The translations under genes were made by a program, and so were the position numbers. The notes beneath the pieces were generated by a model, which did not search any database, was not told the origin of the DNA, and saw only the letters and a program-made list of their open reading frames with translations. Shown here in pieces: positions 50,252 to 60,596 of a stretch of 64,000 nucleotides of DNA. The first letter of the stretch is position 1. Every line of letters starts with the position of its first letter. This DNA comes from Bacilli bacterium (GTDB lineage: Bacteria > Bacillota_I > Bacilli_A > ML615J-28 > CAG-698), in contig JBMNLZ010000002.1 in assembly GCA_050953065.1 (NCBI GenBank), positions 352,001 through 416,000 on the forward strand, given 5' to 3'.

Positions 50252-51377
50252 TGTTATTTTGTTGATGGCTGGAAGTTCAAAAAGACTTAATTTAGGCATT
50301 AATAAGAATTTAATTGAAGTTTTAAATAAACCAATCTTTATGTATTCATTAGAAGCTTTTTTGAATTTTAAAGAATGCAATCAAATATATCTTGTTTGTC
50401 GTGATTTTGAAGAAGAGATAGTATCAAAGTATATTAAAGATATTCCTAAAGTAAAACTTGTGATAGGTGGAGAAGAACGTCAGGATAGTTTATATAATGG
50501 ATTAAAATCTGTAACAGCTCCTTATGTTTTAGTCCATGATGCAGCAAGACCAAATGTAACTTTAGAGTCAATTAAAAATATAATGCAAGTGATTAAAAAA
50601 GGTGAAATTGCATCTTTAGCAGTTAAGAGTAAAGATACTATCAAAGAAATAGAAGAAGATTATATTACTAAAAATTTAGTTAGAAAAAAGTTGTGGTCAA
50701 TGCAAACTCCTCAAGGAGGACCTACTAAAGTTTATAAAGATGCTTTTGAAAGAGCTTTAAAAGAAAATTTTAGTGCAACTGATGATACTGAAATTTTAAT
50801 GGTTTACAGTAAAGAAAAGGTGAAGATAGTTGAAGGAACTTATAATAATTATAAAATTACTGATCAAGAAGATCTTCAAATGTTTATAAAGGAAAAAACA
50901 ATGTATAGAATTGGACATTCAAAAGATATTCATCGTTTAGTTAAAGATAGACCTTTAATTTTAGGTGGTATAAAGATTCCTCATTCTAAGGGGTTGTTTG
51001 GTCATAGTGATGCTGATTGTGTTTTACATAGCGTGGCTGAAGCCATTATTGGAGCTTTAGGAAAAGGAGACATTGGAATGATGTTTCCAGATACTGATTC
51101 AAAATATAAAGATATAGCATCCTCATATTTTGTTTTAGAAGTTAAGAAATTAATGGAAAATGAAGGCTATAAGATTAACAATTTAGATTTAATAATCTAT
51201 TTAGAAAATCCAATACTTAAAGATTATAAAGCTTTAATTAAAGAAAATATTGCAAAGTTATTAGAATGTGATAGTAGTTTAATAAATATTAAAGCAACAA
51301 GAAACGAAATGCTTGATGCTATTGGAAAAGAAGAAGGCATTGCATCTGAGTGTGTAGTCATGTTAATAAAAAAATAA
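50244..51377 (+). CDS. ispDF: Bifunctional IspD/IspF (MEP cytidylyltransferase / MECDP synthase)
   Basis: AGSSKR, GGEERQDS, VHDAARP, QTPQ, then RIGHSKDIH, GHSDADCVLH, GDIGMMFPD. Confidence 0.93.
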   Translation: MFDVILLMAGSSKRLNLGINKNLIEVLNKPIFMYSLEAFLNFKECNQIYLVCRDFEEEIVSKYIKDIPKVKLVIGGEERQDSLYNGLKSVTAPYVLVHDAARPNVTLESIKNIMQVIKKGEIASLAVKSKDTIKEIEEDYITKNLVRKKLWSMQTPQGGPTKVYKDAFERALKENFSATDDTEILMVYSKEKVKIVEGTYNNYKITDQEDLQMFIKEKTMYRIGHSKDIHRLVKDRPLILGGIKIPHSKGLFGHSDADCVLHSVAEAIIGALGKGDIGMMFPDTDSKYKDIASSYFVLEVKKLMENEGYKINNLDLIIYLENPILKDYKALIKENIAKLLECDSSLINIKATRNEMLDAIGKEEGIASECVVMLIKK

Positions 51378-51456
51378 TAAATATCTCCAAGAAAAATTGA
51401 AGTTAGTACGTATATATAGTGTATAAAGAAAATATACGTTTAAAGGAGAGGAAAAT

Positions 51457-53505
51457 ATGAAAAAGTTTTTAAGTTTTTTGTTAATTGTGTTTAGTTTATT
51501 TTTAGTAGGTTGCAAGAAAAATGTTGTAACAAATGATGATGAAGAAGAAAAAAGTGTTGTTTCAGCACAGTCTTTTGATTTGAAATCAGTTGAAGATGTT
51601 AGTGAAATTAAAGATTTATTTAATCTTCAAGCTCCAAATAGAAATTGGCTTGATGGTTTGATTACTTTTTTTGGTGGTGAAAAAGCTGTTGAGGATATGG
51701 TTGATGCAACACCAGGTGCTCCTAGGTCAGAGTTTACTAATGAAGCAGCAGATAGTGTTGGTACAACTGGAGGAGAAACAAGTTCAACTAATGTTCAAGT
51801 AAAAGGTGTCGATGAAGCTGATATCATTAAAAATGATAACCGTTATATTTATATTATTAATGGTTTAAAAATCAGTGTAATTGATAGTGTTGATGATAGT
51901 GTTAAGACGATTGATTTAAAAGATCAGTTTTATCCAGAAGAAGCATATTTAAAAGGTAATACATTAGTGGTATTAGGAACTTTATATAAGAAAGTTACTT
52001 ATACTCCTTATGGAAGAGATACTGATGAACCAGCAACAGATGAATTTTATTACTATTCAACTGGTAGTACAGTAGTTAGTATAATTGATGTTAGTAATAA
52101 ATCAGATATGAAAATTAAGAGAACTGTTATTTATGATGATGCTTATTTAGTTTCTTCAAGAATGATTGATGATAATTTATATTTAGTATTAAATCAATAT
52201 GTAAGATTTGATGATAGAGAAATAGTAATTCCTACTTATCAAGATACAGTTGAAGGTGGTCAAGTAGAGGCTCCTTTATCATCAATTTATATTATGAAAG
52301 GGTATAAAGGATATTATTCATATAATATAGTTTCATCATTAAATATCAAAACAGCTGAAAAAATTAATTATGAAATATATTTAGGATACTTTAGAAATAT
52401 CTATTCATCACTTAATAACTTATATGTTGTTAATGAAGTTTATACAGGATATTATGAAGATCAAAAATTTATGATTCCAGAATTAGTGGTTGATAATAGA
52501 TACTCTACTACATTTTCTAATATTTATAGATTTAATATTGCAGAGGGAAAACTAACATATAAAGCTAGAACACTTATTGCAGGATCTATTAAAGATCAAT
52601 TCTCAATGGATGAGTATGAAGGTATCTTTAGAGTTGCTGCTACAGTTTCAACTTATGAGCCAGCTGAAGATATTCCAACAATTCAAGGTGATGTAATGAT
52701 TTCGATTTTCCCAAGTCGAATGATTAATTTTAAAACTGAAAGTTTTGTTTATACATTTGATATCGCAGATGATAAATTTGAAAAATTAGATAGTTTAGGT
52801 GGAATTGGTGTTGGTGAAACAATTTATAGCGTAAGATTTGATAAAACTTTAGGCTATGTAGTAACATTCAGACAAATTGACCCATTATATAAAATTGATT
52901 TTTCAGATCCTTATAATATAGTAATTTTAGGTGAATTAAAATCACCTGGTGTTAGTGATTATTTACATCTTCATAGTGAAGCATATATTGTTGGAATTGG
53001 TAGAGGTTCTGAAAGTGATACAGTGGGAAGTTTAAATGGAGTTAAGGTTTCTTTATTTAAAGTTAATGGTAAGGAATTAGAAGAAGTTGATGTTTACCAT
53101 TTTGAAGGAGATTATTCTTATACACCTGTTACGTATAATCATTTAAGTTTAATAACTTTAGAAAGTAAAGGATTATATATATTCCCTGTTACAATCTATA
53201 AGTCTAATCAAAGTTATATTTATGGTTCATATATCGCAGTTGTAGAAGTTGATGATGCAACAGAAACAATTACTTTAAAAGGACTTATTGCAAGACAAGA
53301 AGAAACTACATATAGATATTATTATGATAATCCTAGAGCAGTAGTAGTTAATTCTAAACTTTATTCAATCTTTGATAGTGAAGTTGTAATAAATGCTTTA
53401 GATGATGAATTGACTTTACTTGGTGGAGTTAGTTTAGAAGTTATCAAGTTATATGGTGGTTATTATGGATATAGAGGATCTGTTGCAGTTGATCCAATAG
53501 GCTAA
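51457..53505 (+). CDS. Beta-propeller domain lipoprotein (Beta_propel family)
   Basis: Lipobox LVGC; STNVQVKGVDEADIIKND, QFSMDEY, ETIYSVRF, VVTFRQIDPLY, LGELKSPGVSDYLH. Confidence 0.88.
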   Translation: MKKFLSFLLIVFSLFLVGCKKNVVTNDDEEEKSVVSAQSFDLKSVEDVSEIKDLFNLQAPNRNWLDGLITFFGGEKAVEDMVDATPGAPRSEFTNEAADSVGTTGGETSSTNVQVKGVDEADIIKNDNRYIYIINGLKISVIDSVDDSVKTIDLKDQFYPEEAYLKGNTLVVLGTLYKKVTYTPYGRDTDEPATDEFYYYSTGSTVVSIIDVSNKSDMKIKRTVIYDDAYLVSSRMIDDNLYLVLNQYVRFDDREIVIPTYQDTVEGGQVEAPLSSIYIMKGYKGYYSYNIVSSLNIKTAEKINYEIYLGYFRNIYSSLNNLYVVNEVYTGYYEDQKFMIPELVVDNRYSTTFSNIYRFNIAEGKLTYKARTLIAGSIKDQFSMDEYEGIFRVAATVSTYEPAEDIPTIQGDVMISIFPSRMINFKTESFVYTFDIADDKFEKLDSLGGIGVGETIYSVRFDKTLGYVVTFRQIDPLYKIDFSDPYNIVILGELKSPGVSDYLHLHSEAYIVGIGRGSESDTVGSLNGVKVSLFKVNGKELEEVDVYHFEGDYSYTPVTYNHLSLITLESKGLYIFPVTIYKSNQSYIYGSYIAVVEVDDATETITLKGLIARQEETTYRYYYDNPRAVVVNSKLYSIFDSEVVINALDDELTLLGGVSLEVIKLYGGYYGYRGSVAVDPIG

Positions 53506-53522
53506 AAAAGGAGGCTAAAAAA

Positions 53523-53753
53523 ATGGAAGAATTACAAAAAAAAGTTATTCTTGCAATAAACAAAATCAGACCATATATTCAAAAAGATGGTGGAGACGTT
53601 GAGTTTGTTAGAATAGAAGATGGTATTGTTTATATCAAAATGCATGGTGCTTGTGTTGGGTGTGCTCATTTAGATGTAACACTAAAAGATGGAATTGAAG
53701 CAATTCTTTTAGAAGAAGTGCCCGGCATTATTGGTGTTGAGCTTGATAAATAG
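53523..53753 (+). CDS. NifU C-terminal (Nfu) domain protein
   Basis: IRPYIQKDGGDVE, GACVGC, TLKDGIE. Confidence 0.93.
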   Translation: MEELQKKVILAINKIRPYIQKDGGDVEFVRIEDGIVYIKMHGACVGCAHLDVTLKDGIEAILLEEVPGIIGVELDK

Positions 53754-53768
53754 TTATTTAAAAGGTCT

Positions 53769-53803
53769 GTGAAGAAGTTGGTGGAGAGCACCAACTTCTT
53801 TAC
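53769..53803 (+). terminator. Long hairpin, putative terminator after nifU
   Basis: gtgaagaagttggtg-gagag-caccaacttctttac. Confidence 0.6.
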
Positions 53804-53809
53804 ATAATC

Positions 53810-53932
53810 CTTAAAAATACTGTAGACATAAAATTAGAACCATCGTTTCTAATGATTATTATTGGTGGAGAGTTTGCGTATAAAAGAGAAGATGGAGTTT
53901 TTGTTGTTCCAATCGGGTGTTTAAAACCTTAG
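53810..53932 (+). pseudogene. 3' remnant of an AAA/DUF4143 ATPase gene
   Basis: Reads LKNTVDIKLEPSFLMIIIGGEFAYKREDGVFVVPIGCLKP*, matching the C-terminus of 19987..21273 (YKREDGVIVIPLTSLKP*). Confidence 0.75.
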
Positions 53933-54070
53933 GTTGTTAAATATAATTAATTGTTATTAGCCACTAAAAGTGGCTAATATTTAAGTTTATGTGGTAAAAG
54001 TAAAATAAGATTTGGTCTTTTTTTGTTGCTTAAATTATGATATAATATACATAAGTTGAGGTTATGTATC

Positions 54071-54409
54071 ATGATAAAAAAAGGAGAAATTGTAATTGGT
54101 GAAATTACAAATATTTTGGGTTATGGAGCTTTTGTTCAAATAGATGATTATACTGGATTAATTCATATATCAGAGTTTTCAGATGGCTTTGTTAGAAATA
54201 TCAAAGATTATGTAAAGGTTGGTCAAAAGGTAAAATTGAAAGTATTAGATGTTAATGAAAAAGAAAAAAAATTGAAACTTACCTATAAGACCTTACATAA
54301 AACACGTGGTGTAATAGGAGAAGTCCCGAGGTTTAATATCGGATTTAAGTCGCTTGCGAAAGCATTGCCGGAATTCATAAAAGAACAAAAAGAAAAGAGG
54401 AATGAATAA
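54071..54409 (+). CDS. S1 RNA-binding domain protein (CvfD/Ygs/GSP13-like)
   Basis: YGAFV, GLIHISE, VGQKVKLKVL, GFKSL...LPEFI. Confidence 0.88.
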   Translation: MIKKGEIVIGEITNILGYGAFVQIDDYTGLIHISEFSDGFVRNIKDYVKVGQKVKLKVLDVNEKEKKLKLTYKTLHKTRGVIGEVPRFNIGFKSLAKALPEFIKEQKEKRNE

Positions 54410-55744
54410 ATGAAAATACTTAATTTAAATTATCAAAATGTTTTAAACTTTATTAAAGAGGATGAAATTTTCGCTTATGAAAAAGATTTAAATAATGCGA
54501 AGAATGCTTTATTAAATAAAACCGGAAAAGGAAATGATTATGTAGGGTGGGTAAAATACCCGCTTGAATATGATAAAGATGAATTTAAGAGGATTAAAGA
54601 AGCAGCTAAAAGAATTAGAAAAAATAGTGATGTTTTAGTTGTTATTGGAATTGGGGGGTCTTATTTAGGTGCTCAAGCTGCTTTAAAGATGCTAGGGAAA
54701 TATTTTTCAAAAGAAAAAGATTTAGAAATAATTTTTGTTGGAAATAATGTTTCACCTGAATATGTTTGTGAGTTAGAAGCTTATTTAGAAAAAAAAGATT
54801 TTTCAATTAATGTAATTTCTAAATCAGGTGGCACAATAGAGCCTGCCATTGCTTTTAGAATCTTTAGAAAATTAGCTTTAAAAAAATATGGTAAAAAAGC
54901 AAATGAAAGAATTTTTGCAACAACTGATAAAGTAAAGGGTGCTTTAATTAAAATGTCAGGGATTGAAAAGTATGAGACTTTTTGTATTCCAAGTGATATG
55001 GGTGGAAGATATTCAGTGTTATCTGCTGTTGGATTACTGCCAATTGCTTGCGCTGGCTTTAATATTGATGATGTTATGCAAGGAGCAGTTGATGCATATA
55101 ATTATTATGTTAATAAACCATTAAAAGAAAACGATGCGTTTTTATATGCTGCTATTAGAAATATTTTATATAAAAAAGGTAAAGCAATTGAAATTTTAGT
55201 TTCATATGAACCAAAACTTCATTTCTTAAGTGAATGGTGGAAACAACTTTTCGGGGAATCTGAAGGTAAAGAAAATAAAGGGATTTTCCCAGCTAGTCTA
55301 ATCTATTCAACTGATCTACATTCAATGGGACAATATGTTCAAGATGGTCAAAGAATTTTATTTGAAACAGTAATTGATGTTTTGAATGCAAAATACGATA
55401 AAATTTTAGAAAAAGAAGATACTGATTTAGACGGCCTAAATTATTTAGCTGGGAAAAATATTTCCTTTGTAAGAAGAAATGCTTTAGAAGGAACTGTCTT
55501 AGCTCATGTTGATGGTGGAGTTCCTAATATGATTTTAGAGTTAAAAGAAATTACTCCATATAGTTTTGGATATTTAGTATATTTCTTTATGTTTAGTTGT
55601 GGAGTAAGTGGATACTTACTAGATGTTAATCCTTTCAACCAAGAAGGAGTTGAAGATTATAAAAAGAATATGTTAGCTTTACTTGGTAAAGCAGGATTTG
55701 AAGAATTAAAAGCTAAATTATTAGAAAGAATTAATAAAAAGTGA
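54410..55744 (+). CDS. pgi: Glucose-6-phosphate isomerase
   Basis: IGIGGSYLGA, ISKSGGT, GGRYSVLS, WWKQLFGESEGK, NPFNQEGVEDYK. Confidence 0.97.
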   Translation: MKILNLNYQNVLNFIKEDEIFAYEKDLNNAKNALLNKTGKGNDYVGWVKYPLEYDKDEFKRIKEAAKRIRKNSDVLVVIGIGGSYLGAQAALKMLGKYFSKEKDLEIIFVGNNVSPEYVCELEAYLEKKDFSINVISKSGGTIEPAIAFRIFRKLALKKYGKKANERIFATTDKVKGALIKMSGIEKYETFCIPSDMGGRYSVLSAVGLLPIACAGFNIDDVMQGAVDAYNYYVNKPLKENDAFLYAAIRNILYKKGKAIEILVSYEPKLHFLSEWWKQLFGESEGKENKGIFPASLIYSTDLHSMGQYVQDGQRILFETVIDVLNAKYDKILEKEDTDLDGLNYLAGKNISFVRRNALEGTVLAHVDGGVPNMILELKEITPYSFGYLVYFFMFSCGVSGYLLDVNPFNQEGVEDYKKNMLALLGKAGFEELKAKLLERINKK

Positions 55745-56316
55745 AACGTCTTTTAATTGTTTTATTGTTTTTATCATTAACTGGATGTAAAACAAAAACT
55801 CCAACAAAAAAAGAGTCATTTGAAAATGATTATGTTTCTTTTAAAAAAACAGAACATGTTTTTCAAAAAGAAGATCTTAATGATGTCTTAGAAATATTAA
55901 TAAAAGAGAGTGGAATTATAGTTTTTGCTTTTAATCCTAATGTTAGAAGTTGTCCTTATTGTGATGAGGCATTACCTATTATAAACGAAGTAGCTAAAGA
56001 GTTAAAAATAGATAAAGTTATCTATGTTGATATTTATGCAGATAGAACTAATAACTCTTATCAATATCAACTACTTTATAATTATCTTACTAATTTAAAC
56101 AATCCAAATGTAAAAGAAGAGATTGCTTTAGAGTTAATAGATAATACTAAAATTATAGTGCCTGATGTTTATGTAGTAAAGGATGGTGAAGTTTTAGCTC
56201 ATCATATAGCACTACTTAAAAATGAAGAAAATCAATATATTAGAAATTTAAATGATGTTCAGAAAGAAGAAGTTTATAATATTTATTATGAGATGTTTTC
56301 TTTATTGTTTGAATAG
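55741..56316 (+). CDS. Thioredoxin-fold lipoprotein
   Basis: Lipobox LTGC; CPYC motif; 'VPDVYVVKDGEV'. Confidence 0.75.
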   Translation: MKRLLIVLLFLSLTGCKTKTPTKKESFENDYVSFKKTEHVFQKEDLNDVLEILIKESGIIVFAFNPNVRSCPYCDEALPIINEVAKELKIDKVIYVDIYADRTNNSYQYQLLYNYLTNLNNPNVKEEIALELIDNTKIIVPDVYVVKDGEVLAHHIALLKNEENQYIRNLNDVQKEEVYNIYYEMFSLLFE

Positions 56317-56432
56317 CAATAAAAGCCTTCAAAAAGATTAATTTTTGAAGGTTTTATTTTTAATTTAAATTGGCTTTTTTTCATAAATCTCTAATTGAAA
56401 AATATTAGATAAAATGATATAATAATAACACT

Positions 56433-56876
56433 ATGAAAAAAAGAATTATTATTAACAATATAGAAGAAATAATTAATTTAGGGAAGCGTTTAGGAGAGCT
56501 TGCTAAACCTAATATGGTATATGCTTTAAATGGCATTTTAGGTGCAGGTAAGACAACTCTTACTAAAGGAATTGCTTTAGGGCTTGGTATAAAGAAAATC
56601 GTTAATAGTCCAACCTTTACTATCATGAAAATCTATCAAGGAAAGATGCCTTTATTTCATATTGATGCTTATAGGATAAGTGAAGAGACTGAAGATGAAG
56701 ATTTATTAGAATATTTTGAGATGTCTGGATTAACTGTTATTGAATGGGCTGATAATATTAAAGAGATGATTGGTGAGGTTTTAAATATTGATATTTCAAT
56801 AATTGGGGAAGAAAAAAGGGAAATATTAATTCATTCTTTGAATGAAGAATATTTTGAAGTGATAAATAAGATATGA
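56433..56876 (+). CDS. tsaE: t6A biosynthesis ATPase TsaE
   Basis: GILGAGKTT, VNSPTFTI, HIDAYRI, VIEWA. Confidence 0.95.
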   Translation: MKKRIIINNIEEIINLGKRLGELAKPNMVYALNGILGAGKTTLTKGIALGLGIKKIVNSPTFTIMKIYQGKMPLFHIDAYRISEETEDEDLLEYFEMSGLTVIEWADNIKEMIGEVLNIDISIIGEEKREILIHSLNEEYFEVINKI

Positions 56877-57460
56877 AAAAATTAATTTTAGATACTGCAA
56901 CGGATATTTTATTTGTTGGGTTAATGGATGATGAAAAAATAATATATAATAAAACTTTAGCAGGAAGAAATAATCATTCTGAACATTTAATTAAAATTGT
57001 TAGCCAAGCATTATCTTTAAACAATTTAAAAGTTAAAGATTTAGATGAAATTATTGTAGGGCTTGGGCCAGGTTCTTATACTGGTTCTAGGGTATCTTTA
57101 GTTGTAGCTAAGATGTTTGCTTTTACTCATAATGTTATCCTAAAGACTGCAAGTAGTCTTGATATGGCTTTTAGTGGACATTTTGTAAAGGATGGAGTAT
57201 ATGCTTTAAATTTAAGAGCTAAAAAAGATTATGTTTATTGTAATGTTATAGAGGTTAAAAATAGTTTAGTTATAAAAAAAGAAGAAGATAACTTTTTATT
57301 AAAAAAAGATTTTTTTGAAAAGTTAAATAATAAAAATATCGTTTTCTTAGAAGAAAATGATATTAAATTTGATTTATTAGTAATTGTTAATAAACTAAGA
57401 TTAGAAACTGTAGAAAACATTCACAGTTTAGAACCAAATTATTTAAGGAAAAGTCTATGA
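56873..57460 (+). CDS. tsaB: t6A biosynthesis protein TsaB
   Basis: LILDTA, HSEHL, GPGSYTGSR, PNYLRKS. Confidence 0.93.
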   Translation: MKKLILDTATDILFVGLMDDEKIIYNKTLAGRNNHSEHLIKIVSQALSLNNLKVKDLDEIIVGLGPGSYTGSRVSLVVAKMFAFTHNVILKTASSLDMAFSGHFVKDGVYALNLRAKKDYVYCNVIEVKNSLVIKKEEDNFLLKKDFFEKLNNKNIVFLEENDIKFDLLVIVNKLRLETVENIHSLEPNYLRKSL

Positions 57461-57903
57461 AATACTTAATTAGGGAAATGGTTTTAGATGATATTCCTGA
57501 AGTTATTAAAGGTGAAGAAAAAGTCTTTGGTGAATCTTTGGGGTATGATTTATTTTTTTCAGAATTAAAATTTAATCCTTATGCCCATTATGTAGTTTTA
57601 GAGATTGATAAAGTTATTGCTGGATATATTGGTTTTTGGGTTGAAGGTGAAACTGCTTCTTTGGTTAACTTCTATGTTTTAGAAGAATATCAAGGAGAAG
57701 GTTTTGGTCAGATGTTACTTGATTTTGTATTAAAGGTTTGTGAGGCATCTAAAGTTGATGTTTTAAGTTTAGAAGTTAGAGTAAACAATAAAAAAGCTAT
57801 TTCTTTGTATGAGAAGAATAATTTTACTATTAGCCATACAAGAAAGAATTATTATAATAATGGCGAAGATGCATATGTTATGTTAAAAAGTTTTAAGGAG
57901 TAA
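57457..57903 (+). CDS. rimI: Ribosomal-protein-alanine N-acetyltransferase
   Basis: QGEGFG, LEVRVNN.KAI.LYEK, RKNYY..GEDAYVM; lies between tsaB and tsaD. Confidence 0.9.
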   Translation: MKYLIREMVLDDIPEVIKGEEKVFGESLGYDLFFSELKFNPYAHYVVLEIDKVIAGYIGFWVEGETASLVNFYVLEEYQGEGFGQMLLDFVLKVCEASKVDVLSLEVRVNNKKAISLYEKNNFTISHTRKNYYNNGEDAYVMLKSFKE

Positions 57904-57905
57904 TA

Positions 57906-58859
57906 ATGTTAGTATTAGGTGTTGAGAGTAGTTGTGATGAGACATCGGTTGCGATTGTAAAAGATGGGAAAGAGATTCTTTCAAATATTATCTATTCTCA
58001 AATAGATATTCATAAGGAATTTGGTGGAGTTGTACCTGAGGTTGCAAGTCGTCATCATATTAAAAAAATTACAGTTGTTTTTGAAGAAGCTTTCAAAAAA
58101 GCAAAAGTAGATCCTAAAATGATTGATTTAGTTACTGTTACAGGTAATCCTGGTTTAATTGGTTCGCTACTTGTTGGAATTAATGCGGCTGAAGCTTTTG
58201 CTTTAGCATATAATATTCCTTGTATTAAAGTAGATCATATTACAGGTCATATTTATGCTAATTATATTGAGCATTCATTTTGTTTTCCACTTTTAGCTTT
58301 AGTTGTTTCAGGGGGACATACTGAACTTGTTTTAATGAAAGAACATTATTCTTTTGAAAAGTTAGGTGAAACATTAGATGATGCAATTGGTGAGGTTTAT
58401 GATAAAGTTGGTAGAGTTCTAGATTTACCTTATCCTGGAGGAGTCTATGTTGATAGACTTGCTAAAGAAGGAAAACCTCTTTATGATTTACCTTTAGTTT
58501 ATTTAGAAAATCAACCATATAATTTTAGCTTTTCAGGACTTAAAACGGCAGTTTTAAATATTATCAATAAAGCAAATATGAAAAACGAACCAATTAATAA
58601 AGCAGATCTAGCTACCTCTTTTCAACATGTAGCTATCAAAGTAATTGTTGATAAAACAATTAATGCTGCAAAAGAGTTTAATGTTAAACAAATTCTAATT
58701 GCAGGTGGAGTTGCTGCTAATTCTCATTTAAGAAAAACTTTAAAAGAAGAAGCAGAAAAAATCGGAATAGAAGTCATTTATCCAAGTATGGAGTACTGTA
58801 CAGATAATGCTGCCATGATTGCAATTAGTGGATATTTTAAATATAAATTAAATAAGTAA
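57906..58859 (+). CDS. tsaD: t6A threonylcarbamoyltransferase TsaD
   Basis: ESSCDET, GGVVPEVASRHH, HITGH, VSGGHT, FSFSGLKT, CTDNAAMIA. Confidence 0.97.
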   Translation: MLVLGVESSCDETSVAIVKDGKEILSNIIYSQIDIHKEFGGVVPEVASRHHIKKITVVFEEAFKKAKVDPKMIDLVTVTGNPGLIGSLLVGINAAEAFALAYNIPCIKVDHITGHIYANYIEHSFCFPLLALVVSGGHTELVLMKEHYSFEKLGETLDDAIGEVYDKVGRVLDLPYPGGVYVDRLAKEGKPLYDLPLVYLENQPYNFSFSGLKTAVLNIINKANMKNEPINKADLATSFQHVAIKVIVDKTINAAKEFNVKQILIAGGVAANSHLRKTLKEEAEKIGIEVIYPSMEYCTDNAAMIAISGYFKYKLNK

Positions 58860-58888
58860 AAGAGCTTTTTTAAACTTATTATTCTTGT

Positions 58889-58917
58889 TTGATTATGTTA
58901 GTAGAAAATGGTATAAT
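58889..58917 (+). promoter_or_regulatory. sigmaA promoter for the last operon
   Basis: TTGATT-17 nt-TATAAT with TG extension. Confidence 0.7.
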
Positions 58918-58951
58918 TTGTATAGAATAAAAATAGAAAATAGGAGATTTT

Positions 58952-60595
58952 ATGTGGACAAGTTTTAATTTTGATATCATAATCATAATAATTACTATTA
59001 CTATTTTAATAGTTTGTTTTTATCAAGGCTTTTTAAAAAGTTTAAAGAGTTTTTTATATATAGTTTTACCATTAGGCCTAACTTTAATGATTAATAAAAC
59101 TATTATTGATTCTAAAATTTTAGACCCGATTATTAAGTTTTTCTATACATTTAAATATGGTTATACTTTATATTCTATTTTTTCTGGAATATTAGTTTTT
59201 GGATTTATTTTATTAGTTGTTTGGTTTTTCTTTAAAATTTCAAGATTTAATGTTGAAAATGTTACAAGAAGAAAAATTTTTGGATTAAGATTTGTTTCTT
59301 TAGTTTTTGGATTGATTGAAGCGTATGTTTTAATTTTTATTGTGATGAGTTTGCTTTATATTGTTCTACCTTTTAAAGATTCTTTTCCTTTAACAAAAAC
59401 TCTTTTAAAAACAGCTAATCAACAATATGAAGTAACTGAGATTGCAAGACTTCAAGTTGATATGCAAAAGTATAATCAAATTAGTACTGATGTGGATATA
59501 ATTGATGGAAATAAAATTAAAAGAAATTATCAAGAATTTAAATTATCTCAAGATTTAATTAAAGAAATAGATAGAAGATTTAATGAAACAATTTATGGAT
59601 ATCTATCAACTGAATCTAAAGAATTACTAAATAGTTATTTACCAGTACCAAATACAGGTTATGCAAGAGCATTACTAGCAAAAGATGGTAAGAGTTATGT
59701 TTATGATAAAATAATTAAAAAGGAAAGAAGAAACGCTAATATTAGAGCAATAAAATCTTTTTATAAAGAATTGTTTGAACTTGAAGGTTGGGTTCTTTTT
59801 ACCTTTGATAAATCAATTCCTGAAAATGGATCATTAGAAGTTGTAACAAATGAAATGGTTACTTCAAACACTTTATTTAATGAAAAAATTTCTAGCCTAA
59901 AACAACTTAATAAGATGTTAGATATTGTAGATGATTTCAGAGTATTTAAAGATGTCTATCCTTTAGTATTTGATTATTTTGAAACAGTCTTAGAAGATGT
60001 TAATGTTGATATTAGTGCTGGAATTTCATATGAGAATTTAAAAGTTTATCAAGGTTATTTTAATCAACTGTTTTATAATGCATCTTTAAAGGTAGAGTTT
60101 TTAAATTATTTAAAAGATAATTATGCAAGTGAAATAAGAATTATTAATGCAGTTAACCGTTTAGAAAAAAGTAGTGTTGATTCAACACTAAATTATAATA
60201 TTTCAATTTCAACTAATATCTTTTTAACTGAAAATCCATATTATTTGAATTTTAGTAAACGTTGGAAAACTAATGCTTTGATTTTTGCTTATGTTCAAGA
60301 TGCGATTATTGTTGATAATATGCATGCTCAATTCTTAACAGATTATATTTATTTTAATCATTTACTTGATACTAATCCAAAAGTAGTTAATTCAAGCGAT
60401 GTAGCATTTTTACTTAATAGTATTGAGGGGTTAGTTAATGATAAGATTATCTTTGAAGAAACAGCAATGATGGTTTTAGATGCGATTGTTTTTGATGGTT
60501 ATTTAGATGATTTAGAAAATGCTGCTTTAGAAGAATTTAAAGCATCACCATATACCTCTGATAGAGCAATTGCTTATTTTATGGGAGGTAGTTAA
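58952..60595 (+). CDS. Membrane protein with a CvpA-like N-terminal TM region and a large helical domain
   Basis: 'DIIII...CFYQGFLKSL' and '..LVFGLIEAYV' resemble the CvpA pattern; the remainder is unknown. Confidence 0.5.
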   Translation: MWTSFNFDIIIIIITITILIVCFYQGFLKSLKSFLYIVLPLGLTLMINKTIIDSKILDPIIKFFYTFKYGYTLYSIFSGILVFGFILLVVWFFFKISRFNVENVTRRKIFGLRFVSLVFGLIEAYVLIFIVMSLLYIVLPFKDSFPLTKTLLKTANQQYEVTEIARLQVDMQKYNQISTDVDIIDGNKIKRNYQEFKLSQDLIKEIDRRFNETIYGYLSTESKELLNSYLPVPNTGYARALLAKDGKSYVYDKIIKKERRNANIRAIKSFYKELFELEGWVLFTFDKSIPENGSLEVVTNEMVTSNTLFNEKISSLKQLNKMLDIVDDFRVFKDVYPLVFDYFETVLEDVNVDISAGISYENLKVYQGYFNQLFYNASLKVEFLNYLKDNYASEIRIINAVNRLEKSSVDSTLNYNISISTNIFLTENPYYLNFSKRWKTNALIFAYVQDAIIVDNMHAQFLTDYIYFNHLLDTNPKVVNSSDVAFLLNSIEGLVNDKIIFEETAMMVLDAIVFDGYLDDLENAALEEFKASPYTSDRAIAYFMGGS

Positions 60596-60596
60596 A

